This document shows, piece after piece, positions 26,114-34,118 of a stretch of 37,046 nucleotides of DNA. The stretch lies in contig JBMNHC010000001.1 of the NCBI GenBank assembly GCA_050950165.1, positions 1-37,046 of the forward strand, written 5' to 3'. The position numbers were made by a program, and so were the translations under genes. This stretch comes from Candidatus Dojkabacteria bacterium (GTDB lineage: Bacteria; Patescibacteriota; Dojkabacteria; SC72). Below the pieces are notes generated by a model, which was not told the origin of the DNA, made no database searches, and saw only the letters and a list, made by a program, of their open reading frames with translations. Each line of letters starts with the position of its first letter. The stretch's first letter is position 1.

Positions 26114-29100
26114 GAATAGGATTGTTCTCTCCTTCCTCTCTTTGCTAGTAAGATAATTAGTAACATGATAAATAGACCTACTCCCCCTATCACAATATAT
26201 TTTACCTGTGATGAAGAAAGGACCTTACTCTGATCTGGTTCTTCTGTAGGAGTCGTCTCTAACTTCTTTGCTGAGTCACTATCTTTAGTTGTAGCACTAA
26301 TTTCATTTGACCAAACTTCTTTTGCACACTTATTATCACTTCTAATTCTGAAATAGTAGGTTGTATTTGGAGAGAGAGCTTCTACTAGATAAGTTCTGGG
26401 TGTACCCAAAGTCATTTTTACACCAACTAGCTCGTTAGTATAATTTCCTGATTGAGTTCCATATTGTAAGATATATTTACTTGCAAAGTTACTCTTGTCT
26501 GATAAACGTAGCAATATACTGGTAGAACTTTGAGCAACAGCACTATACAACGTTGGTGCCTCTGACTCATATGTACAATCTTGGATTGGTAAAGCTGAAC
26601 TAGTTTTCTTCCTAGGCAACGTAGGTTGAGTAGTAGAGGATTCTGGTGTTGTATCCTCTTTTTCCTTGTTAACAACTAATACTCCTTCTGATTCAGAACT
26701 GTGAAGTCCTGCACCACTTACTGCTTTTACAAAAAAGGTATAAATACCTTCTCCTAAATTTGTAACTACGCTAGTAGATGTAGTTGTACCAGTAAGAGAA
26801 GCTGATCCAGTTACTCTCCATATATATTCAACTATGCCTGAAACCGTATTTGTTGCTGCTGTCCAGAACCAAGTTTGAGATAATAGTGTTGTTGGAGTAG
26901 TAGTTGAAGGAATACCTGGTGTAGAGGGTAGAGATGTATCAACCTTAACAGTATTTGATCCTGTATACGTTGCTTGATTGCCAGCATTATTAGAAACTAG
27001 ATACTGGTATTGATAACAGTAACCTGATGAAATTGTAGTATCAGTATAATCAGGATAATCACCTGATACTGCAATAGTAGAATACTCTCCATATGAATCA
27101 CAAATACCATTTGATAGGGTTGCTGATCTACGCTGAACTGTTCTAGAAGAAGTGTCAATACCTGAATATGGATCGTAACCATCATATACTGTTAGTGCAA
27201 CAGAGCTAGAAGTATTATACCCATCTGCATAATCAATTGATCCTCCCATTGGAACTGATATACCAACTTTGACAGTATTTGATCCTGTATAGGTAGCTTG
27301 ATTTCCAGCATTATCAGAAACTAGGTACTGGTATTGATAACAGTAACCTGATGAAGCTGTATCGTCAGTATAATTAGGATAATCACCTGATACTACAATA
27401 GTAGAATACTCTCCATATGAATCACAAATACCATTTGATAAAGTAGCCAATCTACGTTGGACTGTTCTAGTTGATATATCTATTCCTGAATGTGTATCAT
27501 TACCATCAGCTACCGTTAATGCAATAGACTCAGAAGTACTATACCCATCTGCATAAGCTATTGATCCTCCCGTTGGAGTGATTGTATCAACTTTAACAGT
27601 ATTTGTTCCTGTATAGGTAGCTTGATTACCTGCATTATCAGAAACTAGATATTGGTATTGATAACAATTACCTGATGAAATTGTATCGTCAGTATAATTG
27701 GGATAATCACCAGATTCTGCAATAGTAGAATACTTACCATAGTCACTACAAGCACCATTTGATAAAGTAGCTGTTCTACGCTGAACTATTCTAGTTGATA
27801 TATCTATTCCTGAATGTGTATCATTACCATCAGCTACTGTTAGTGCTACAGATCCTGAGGTATTATACCCATCTGCATAAGCTATTGATCCTCCCGTTGG
27901 AGTGATTGTATCAACTTTAACAGTATTTGTTCCTGTATAGGTAGCTTGATTACCTGCATTATCAGAAACTAGATATTGGTATTGATAACAATTACCTGAT
28001 GAAATTGTATCGTCAGTATAATTGGGATAATCACCAGATTCTGCAATAGTAGAATACTTACCATAGTCACTACAAGCACCATTTGATAAAGTAGCTGTTC
28101 TACGCTGAACTATTCTAGTTGATATATTTATACCTGAGTGCGCATCATTACCATCGTTTACTGTTAGTGCAACAGAGCTAGAGGTGTTGTACCCATCTGC
28201 ATAAGCTATTGATCCTCCCGTTGGAGTGATTGTATCAACTTTAACAGTATTTGTTCCTGTATAGGTAGCTTGATTGCCGGCATTATCTGAAACTAGATAT
28301 CGATATTGATAACAATTACCTGATGCTACAGTATCATCAGTATGATTAGGATAGGTTCCTGATATTTCAATAGTAGAATAACCTCCATACAAGCCACAAG
28401 TACCATTTGATAAAGTTGCTGATCTTCGCTGAACTATTCTAGAAGATATATTTATACCTGAGTGTGCATCAGCACCATCAGCTACCGTTAGTGCTACAGA
28501 CCCAGAAGTATTATAACCGTCTGTATAAGCAATTGATCCACCTGTTGGAGCTGATGTGTCTATACCGAAGTCTGGATTACCACCTTTTGCTGTCCATGGG
28601 CCTGTACCAACAACATTATTAGTACTAGCTTGCCAATGATAGGTTGTTCCATTTGTTAAACCTGAAACTGTTACAGATCCCAAAACTGGACTATCCGAAT
28701 ACTGTACTTCTGTACCTGAGTGAGTCATTGAATCTGTGAAAGGCGATGCATTAGGCTTAACTTCTACATATGGTGTTAATGAATCAGGACTGTTTGTTGA
28801 GGACATATTAAATTTAAGAACTACTGATGTTTCATTTATCCAGCCACCAGAAGGAATTAATGTTACCCCATCGGATCTGTATTGTGAAAGAGAAGTTGCT
28901 ACAGCAGGAGCTTGATATTCATATGGTCCTATATCAGGATTCCCTACCAACTCATTACCTAAAATATCAGCTGTTCTAGAGGCAACTGTTATCCCTTCAT
29001 TGATCATCGGAGAACTAGCCGTTAGACGGAAGTCATCATTACCACTAAAATCTCTCGTAAAGATACTACCTTCTGAATTAGTCCAATCTTCAGAAGTCCT

Positions 29101-29406
29101 AATTGTATTAATAATATTCTCAAAAGAATTAACTTCTATATATTTACCATTATATTTTGCTACCTCATCAATCATCCAAGCCCACTCTTGATGAGTCATC
29201 TCATCAGTTGAATGAGAAAGTAGTCCATAAAAATACCCATTACTTGCTATAGATGCTAAAACCCTAGCCCCTTGTTCAATGTCACCTTTTGAACGATCTC
29301 CAACAAAAGTACTAACTGTTGGACGACCATAAATGTTAAATACATCGATTGATCCAAGCCAAGTTTGTTGTAAGGAAGTACCAACATTGCTACTTCTTGC
29401 TCCTAT
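26110..29406 (-). CDS. C-terminal part of the giant surface protein: end of a CE4 domain, FN3-like module, 5 x 108-aa repeats, 2 FN3-like modules, P/T linker, TM anchor
   Basis: The frame is open from 29406; the first ATG is 29199 (the ORF-track 1029-aa ORF). There is no signal peptide after that ATG. TTYHWQA and TTYYFRIRS are FN3-like. The C-terminus is IVIGGVGLFIMLLIILLAKRGRRE. Confidence 0.8.
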   Translation of the reverse strand: MGARSSNVGTSLQQTWLGSIDVFNIYGRPTVSTFVGDRSKGDIEQGARVLASIASNGYFYGLLSHSTDEMTHQEWAWMIDEVAKYNGKYIEVNSFENIINTIRTSEDWTNSEGSIFTRDFSGNDDFRLTASSPMINEGITVASRTADILGNELVGNPDIGPYEYQAPAVATSLSQYRSDGVTLIPSGGWINETSVVLKFNMSSTNSPDSLTPYVEVKPNASPFTDSMTHSGTEVQYSDSPVLGSVTVSGLTNGTTYHWQASTNNVVGTGPWTAKGGNPDFGIDTSAPTGGSIAYTDGYNTSGSVALTVADGADAHSGINISSRIVQRRSATLSNGTCGLYGGYSTIEISGTYPNHTDDTVASGNCYQYRYLVSDNAGNQATYTGTNTVKVDTITPTGGSIAYADGYNTSSSVALTVNDGNDAHSGINISTRIVQRRTATLSNGACSDYGKYSTIAESGDYPNYTDDTISSGNCYQYQYLVSDNAGNQATYTGTNTVKVDTITPTGGSIAYADGYNTSGSVALTVADGNDTHSGIDISTRIVQRRTATLSNGACSDYGKYSTIAESGDYPNYTDDTISSGNCYQYQYLVSDNAGNQATYTGTNTVKVDTITPTGGSIAYADGYSTSESIALTVADGNDTHSGIDISTRTVQRRLATLSNGICDSYGEYSTIVVSGDYPNYTDDTASSGYCYQYQYLVSDNAGNQATYTGSNTVKVGISVPMGGSIDYADGYNTSSSVALTVYDGYDPYSGIDTSSRTVQRRSATLSNGICDSYGEYSTIAVSGDYPDYTDTTISSGYCYQYQYLVSNNAGNQATYTGSNTVKVDTSLPSTPGIPSTTTPTTLLSQTWFWTAATNTVSGIVEYIWRVTGSASLTGTTTSTSVVTNLGEGIYTFFVKAVSGAGLHSSESEGVLVVNKEKEDTTPESSTTQPTLPRKKTSSALPIQDCTYESEAPTLYSAVAQSSTSILLRLSDKSNFASKYILQYGTQSGNYTNELVGVKMTLGTPRTYLVEALSPNTTYYFRIRSDNKCAKEVWSNEISATTKDSDSAKKLETTPTEEPDQSKVLSSSQVKYIVIGGVGLFIMLLIILLAKRGRREQSYS
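26926..28545 (-). repeat. Five in-frame tandem repeats of 324 bp (108 aa) inside the giant gene
   Basis: Units start at TGGSI(A/D)Y(A/T)DGY and end at NTVKV(D/G). Units 2 and 3 are 100% identical over 264 bp (27540-27803 and 27864-28127). Confidence 0.9.
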
Positions 29407-31012
29407 TTAAGTTTGTATGTTCCTGTATCCAGTTTAAAACCGCACTATTTGCCTTATTAAATGGAAATGCCAAAGTTTTTACCGTATATCCTGAACAACC
29501 CGAACCCCCTTGCACTGCTTCTTCTAAATCAGTAATGGAGTTTGTTATCTCCTCTGTATAATATCTATTCGTAGCCTCTGTTGAATCATCAAAAGGAATT
29601 CCTATTGGAGTACCAATAGGTAAACTTGTAGAAGCATCCTTCAAAGTAATCGAAGGTGTATAAGGAGAAATATTAGTCACTACAGAACACATATAATTTG
29701 GCCAATTATCTTCAATTATTGCGCATAATTTCCCAATAGTATCGTAAGATATATTTGTTAAATCAATAGAAGTGTGCGTATCACCTGAGCCTGTTACAGA
29801 TAGTCGAGTTCCATTATTAGAAACAACAAATGTAATATCATCATGAAACCCAATATAGGTAACACTAATAGCATCAGATAGGCTTAAATCATTGTGATGT
29901 CTTGTATGAACTCCTACTTCATGTCCCTTTCTATAAAGATCTTGTAGTTTTGTTTTATCACTATCATTTAATCTATGCGTGTCTGAGATATAACAAGATA
30001 TTGGAATGTTATAATTTGTCATTGCATAATTAGCATTTGTCACACAGTAGTTAAGATTTTCCCTATCATCTGTAGAAAAAGCTAAGTAACCTAGATTTGT
30101 TCTAGTAGATTTATAATGTGGGAAAGCATTAATAATATCATCTGCTGAATTCCAAGTTTTTGCACCTGTACCACTAGTAACAGTCTGAGGCGTATCCCAC
30201 CTACCCTGAATCAAACAATTAGTAGTATTAATTGTTCCCCCATTATTATAATGAAAGACATTTCCTGTTAAAGTACCATTTGCTGTAAAGCTACAGTTAG
30301 TAAAATTAGCTTCATCCCCACTATGTACAGACACAGCTACATTAGCAACCCCATTAACTACACAATTGTAGAAATAAGCAGTTCCAGCATTTGCAGCATT
30401 AAACTCAATACCTCTAGCATTTGGATTACCATACAAAACAACGTTTATAAAGGTTGTTGTATAAGAACTATCAGTTCTTAAGCTAATACTATAATTGTTT
30501 CCTCCAGCATTAACAATATATACATTTTTTACTAAAGTATTGTTCTTATATATTGCTAAAGGTACATAACTACCTGACCCTGAGATAGTTAAATTTTGAA
30601 TAACAATATTATCTGCATTTGCTCCTAGGGTATAAGAAGAATTATTATTCGTAATCGTTACTGCTCCATTAAATCCAGCAATAGATGAACCTTGAATAGT
30701 TAACTGTTTGTTTATGGAAGCATTATGACCTGCATAACTTTTTCCATTTGCTCCTCCAGAAAATTCAATTGTATCTCCATTAGTAGCAGCAGTAAAAGCA
30801 GCAGAAAAAGTCTTATACGAATTGTTCGCTGTATATTCAGGATCATCAAAAGGTCGAGTTGGATTATTTGCACTACCATCAGAATCTGCATTTACATAAT
30901 GTGTCGCTGCATTAACTGGAGAGTGCATTATGAGAAAGAAACCTATTACAAAGAAAAGAGAGATTAAAAACCTAAAAACCCTCAAAGAGGAAAAACTACT
31001 ATCTGTACACAT
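29390..31012 (-). CDS. N-terminal part of the giant surface protein: signal peptide, parallel beta-helix, first part of a CE4/NodB polysaccharide deacetylase
   Basis: Signal peptide LISLFFVIGFFLIMHSPVNA. Asn/Gly-rich about 22-aa rungs (NIVIQNLTISGSG, VKNVYIVNAGG, FINVVLYGN, FYNCVVNG, FTNCSF, TTNCLIQG). CE4 motifs FSTDD, HTRHH, LAFPF. Confidence 0.8.
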   Translation of the reverse strand: MCTDSSFSSLRVFRFLISLFFVIGFFLIMHSPVNAATHYVNADSDGSANNPTRPFDDPEYTANNSYKTFSAAFTAATNGDTIEFSGGANGKSYAGHNASINKQLTIQGSSIAGFNGAVTITNNNSSYTLGANADNIVIQNLTISGSGSYVPLAIYKNNTLVKNVYIVNAGGNNYSISLRTDSSYTTTFINVVLYGNPNARGIEFNAANAGTAYFYNCVVNGVANVAVSVHSGDEANFTNCSFTANGTLTGNVFHYNNGGTINTTNCLIQGRWDTPQTVTSGTGAKTWNSADDIINAFPHYKSTRTNLGYLAFSTDDRENLNYCVTNANYAMTNYNIPISCYISDTHRLNDSDKTKLQDLYRKGHEVGVHTRHHNDLSLSDAISVTYIGFHDDITFVVSNNGTRLSVTGSGDTHTSIDLTNISYDTIGKLCAIIEDNWPNYMCSVVTNISPYTPSITLKDASTSLPIGTPIGIPFDDSTEATNRYYTEEITNSITDLEEAVQGGSGCSGYTVKTLAFPFNKANSAVLNWIQEHTNLNRSKK

Positions 31013-31083
31013 TTTTCTTAGTTTGAGAATTTAAATATTCTCCTAATTTATTTAAACAGTTATGTCACTAGAAAGCAAGAGAA

Positions 31084-31266
31084 TTATAATGTCTCATAAT
31101 ATTGTAGATTTAGTGATTCCTGTTGTATAATCTCATCACAAACTCCCCACATAATTTGTTTTAAATAATTAATATATATGGATCCTAAAGAGTTTGATGA
31201 AGTAGCAAGTACCCCAGACACAGATAAAGAGATAATTTCCTCAAGGATAGTTTTTCCAAAAATCAA
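31084..31266 (-). CDS. Orphan 60-aa ORF in the largest intergenic gap (doubtful)
   Basis: The only ORF in the 328-bp gap. No recognisable motif. Confidence 0.2.
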   Translation of the reverse strand: MIFGKTILEEIISLSVSGVLATSSNSLGSIYINYLKQIMWGVCDEIIQQESLNLQYYETL

Positions 31267-31340
31267 ATAGCAAAGAAACTAGAAAAGGATAAATCTGTGG
31301 TCAAATAACAGACCTACTTCCAATGCTTACTTTGTTAACG

Positions 31341-31417
31341 TGGAGCGAGAGACGGGATTCGAACCCGCGACCTACACATTGGCAATGTGTCGTTCTAGCC
31401 AACTGAACTACTCTCGC
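31341..31417 (-). tRNA. tRNA-Gly(GCC), CCA encoded
   Basis: Reverse complement gcgagag-ta-gttc-agttggcta-gaac-g-acaca-ttgccaa-tgtgt-aggtc-gcggg-ttcgaat-cccgt-ctctcgc-t-cca. Confidence 0.9.
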
Positions 31418-31421
31418 GGTA

Positions 31422-31494
31422 TGCCGAGACTCAGATTTGAACTGAGGACCCTCTGTTCTTCAGACAGATGCTCTACCAACTGAGCTATCTCGGC
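31422..31494 (-). tRNA. tRNA-Phe(GAA), no encoded CCA
   Basis: Reverse complement gccgaga-ta-gctc-agttggta-gagc-a-tctgt-ctgaaga-acaga-gggtc-ctcag-ttcaaat-ctgag-tctcggc-a. Confidence 0.9.
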
Positions 31495-31519
31495 AAGTAG
31501 TAGTAATAATAACAAGGTA

Positions 31520-32626
31520 TTAGATATTTTTCAATATTATCCTCTCTAACTCCATCTTAAATCTCTCCGTACTAAATCTCTTTGCACTAGCACTAACCTC
31601 CCCCCTATCCCACTCAATCTTTTTAAATCTATCCATAGCTTCTTTAAATGATTCCAAAGTCATCTCTTTAAAAAACACCCCATTAACTCCATCTACCACA
31701 CCATCCATATATCCACTCTCCATATATGCAAGTACTGGAGTACCAAAAGAGAGAGCCTCAATAGGGAAAATACCGAAATCTTCTACACCAGCTCCAATAA
31801 ATCCAAAAGCCTTAGAAAAAAGCCTCTCCTTTTCCTTCTCTGAAACCCTACCTAAAAACTCAATATTTGAAACCCCACTATACATTCTCTTAAACCTTTT
31901 ATACAACAGTCCCTTACCAATTACTTTTAGATTAAACCCTAACTCTTTAGCACACTCAAACAGAAACTCTCCACCCTTGTTCTCATCAAAAGGAGCACCA
32001 GAGAGAAAATATGGTTCTCGCTTCTTTCTAATCTCTCCTTCATATATCTTAACTGGAGGATGTAGTAAGTAGTCACACTTCTTCCTCCAATATTTAAATA
32101 TCCTTTTTTGAACAAAGGTAGAGTTAGCTATCAACAGATCAGCTCTCTCTGAAGCAGAAATATCCCATATTCTTAGAAAATTAACAAACATGCCCACTAT
32201 TATCCTCTTTAGGACAAAACTTCTACTAAAATATTCATTGTAAAGATCCCAAATATATCTCATAGGGGTATGAATGTATGAAATATGCTTAGTTTTAACT
32301 GGAACAATTACACCGTGAGCAACAGAAAAACTATTAGAAATCACTAAATCATATTCCGAAAAATCAAAAGATTCTATAAATATCGGCCATAGAAAGAGAG
32401 TATATCTATAATATCTTTTTAAAAAGGGTAACCTATTCAACTTAGAAAAAAATACTCTCTCTGTTTTAAAATACCTCTTAGCTTCTTGTTCATAACCCAT
32501 TAAGAAAAAGTAATCTACTGAAGAAAACATCTGACCAATACACCTACTAACAGAAGATGCACCAGCAAAACCGAAACAATGATCTCCAACTATTGCAACC
32601 TTGATATCTTTTAAATCCTTAGTCAT
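31520..32626 (-). CDS. GT-B fold glycosyltransferase (family 4 / group 1)
   Basis: KVAIVGDH...GASS N-terminal domain. C-terminal EX7E motif EDFGIFPIEALSFGTPVLAY. Start placed at MTKDLK (32626); the ORF-track Met is at 32656. Confidence 0.85.
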   Translation of the reverse strand: MTKDLKDIKVAIVGDHCFGFAGASSVSRCIGQMFSSVDYFFLMGYEQEAKRYFKTERVFFSKLNRLPFLKRYYRYTLFLWPIFIESFDFSEYDLVISNSFSVAHGVIVPVKTKHISYIHTPMRYIWDLYNEYFSRSFVLKRIIVGMFVNFLRIWDISASERADLLIANSTFVQKRIFKYWRKKCDYLLHPPVKIYEGEIRKKREPYFLSGAPFDENKGGEFLFECAKELGFNLKVIGKGLLYKRFKRMYSGVSNIEFLGRVSEKEKERLFSKAFGFIGAGVEDFGIFPIEALSFGTPVLAYMESGYMDGVVDGVNGVFFKEMTLESFKEAMDRFKKIEWDRGEVSASAKRFSTERFKMELERIILKNI

Positions 32627-33302
32627 GATAAACAATTGTACCTCTTCTTCTTTCAAAAAGAGATATTTTACTATTTACAATAAAGATACCTACTCCAATT
32701 AATACTAGACCTACTATTACACCAATATATGTAGGCTCTATAGCTGTTTGAGGGCTCTTAAATCTACCTAATGAAAAAACAGCATCTTCTGGTTTAACAA
32801 GTAATACATTCTGTGGAGGACTACCCTCTTGCATAATTGAAGATTTAAAGAGTTCATTAGAACCAGAATATTCAAAACTTAATACAACATCATCTTTACT
32901 CTCAGTTATTACCTCAAACTCTACTCTAGCTATTACATCAGGATTACTTACTGTCTTGTACAAACTCTTCCCTGTTCCAGACTGAGTAAATCCTGTAAGC
33001 ATTAACATCCCCCTACTGTTATCTATAGTGCTCTCATCTTCTGGCCAAAGATTAAACAGAGTGTTATTCTTACTAGCCTTAACTACACGTACTTGCGTAG
33101 GATTAAACTTAATAGCAAACCTTGCAGAGGTAATATCTGCACCTTCAGAATCTATTAAAATATCTACTGTAAAAATCCTTGATGTACTCTTAACTGTTCC
33201 GTTTGAAGGATAGAAAGAAAAATTTGCAGCTAAGGTATAAATCGGTGATATTAACAGTAAAACAACAGCTAGTAATATTACTTCTAGATTTTTTCGTGTC
33301 AT
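32619..33302 (-). CDS. Cohesin-like domain protein with a signal peptide and a C-terminal TM anchor
   Basis: Signal peptide VILLAVVLLLISPIYTLA. FSFYPSNGTV...FTVDILIDSEGADITSARFAIKFNPTQVRVV...MLMLTGF resembles the type-I cohesin fold pattern. C-terminal TM IGVIVGLVLIGVGIFIV. Family assignment is from memory. Confidence 0.6.
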   Translation of the reverse strand: MTRKNLEVILLAVVLLLISPIYTLAANFSFYPSNGTVKSTSRIFTVDILIDSEGADITSARFAIKFNPTQVRVVKASKNNTLFNLWPEDESTIDNSRGMLMLTGFTQSGTGKSLYKTVSNPDVIARVEFEVITESKDDVVLSFEYSGSNELFKSSIMQEGSPPQNVLLVKPEDAVFSLGRFKSPQTAIEPTYIGVIVGLVLIGVGIFIVNSKISLFERRRGTIVYHD

Positions 33303-33350
33303 ATACAGTATGATATTACCACAAGTAATTAATCTAGCATATCAAAATAT

Positions 33351-34118
33351 ATGGAGATGTTTAATATTGTACTTCTAGCTATAGAACAAGGTATTACAGA
33401 ACTACTACCGATATCTAGTAGTGCTCATTTAATTTTAACAGGCCAATTACTAGATATTAAGGTAGATACATATCTTCTTTCAGTATTTCACTTAGGTACT
33501 ACTATTGCTACTGTAATATATTTCTTGCCTCTCTTTTTAAAAAATATCAGTAAAAAGAGTTCTTTACTTTTCTATACAAAGGTCATAGTAGCTACTATAC
33601 CTGTAGCTTTAATAGGGTTGCTTTTTAAAGATATCGTTGAACAAGTATTAAGAGGAAACATTATTATAGTGATATCACTCATTCTCTGGGGAATTGTCAT
33701 GATATTTATTGAAAGTAGATATACAGAGAGAAAGGAAATAGATCCATACAAGATTAGCTGGAAACAATCCTTAACAATGGGTTTTGCACAAATATTAGCT
33801 CTAATACCTGGTACATCTAGATCTGCAATTACTACCATTGCTGGTATTTTTTCAGGTGTTAATAAATATAGTGCTATACAATTCTCTTTCATATTAAGTA
33901 TCCCTATTCTCTTAGGAGCATCTATCTATGGAATATATGAAGGTTTACCAACAGAAGGATTTACTACTCAACATTTGGTAGGAATTACTCTCTCTGCAAT
34001 AGTGGGATATATATCATTGCAATTTCTTAAGAGGATTAAAAAGGGAAAATGGTTATCTGTATTTGGATATTACAGAATAGTGTTAGGTATAACGATTCTT
34101 CTTCTTACACTTCTTTAA
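33351..34118 (+). CDS. uppP: Undecaprenyl-diphosphate phosphatase
   Basis: GITELLPISSSAHLIL and PGTSRSAITT are the BacA/UppP signature motifs. About 8 TM segments. Confidence 0.92.
   Translation: MEMFNIVLLAIEQGITELLPISSSAHLILTGQLLDIKVDTYLLSVFHLGTTIATVIYFLPLFLKNISKKSSLLFYTKVIVATIPVALIGLLFKDIVEQVLRGNIIIVISLILWGIVMIFIESRYTERKEIDPYKISWKQSLTMGFAQILALIPGTSRSAITTIAGIFSGVNKYSAIQFSFILSIPILLGASIYGIYEGLPTEGFTTQHLVGITLSAIVGYISLQFLKRIKKGKWLSVFGYYRIVLGITILLLTLL

Larger units (their letters stand above)
26110..31012 (-). pseudogene. Single surface-enzyme gene of about 1,630 codons interrupted by a +1 frame change (pseudogene, assembly indel or recoding)
   Basis: The two ORFs abut with a 14-nt permissive window (29393-29406) between a stop in each frame. 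The CE4 motifs are divided between them. The signal peptide is only on the upstream ORF and the membrane anchor only on the downstream ORF. Confidence 0.6.

Noticed and set aside
26926-28545. Regularly spaced repeats that could be mistaken for a CRISPR-like array
   Set aside because: The units are 324 bp, contiguous with no spacers, and in frame within a long ORF that encodes a repeated protein module.
31030-31056. 8-bp inverted repeat upstream of the giant gene as a regulatory hairpin
   Set aside because: The stem is A/T only (tttaaata/tatttaaa) and would be marginally stable. Such repeats are expected by chance at this base composition.
26110-31417. Possible genomic island inserted at the 3' end of tRNA-Gly(GCC)
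   Set aside because: There is no integrase or recombinase, and I could find no direct repeat of the tRNA 3' end at the distal side. The flanking genes share the same envelope theme.
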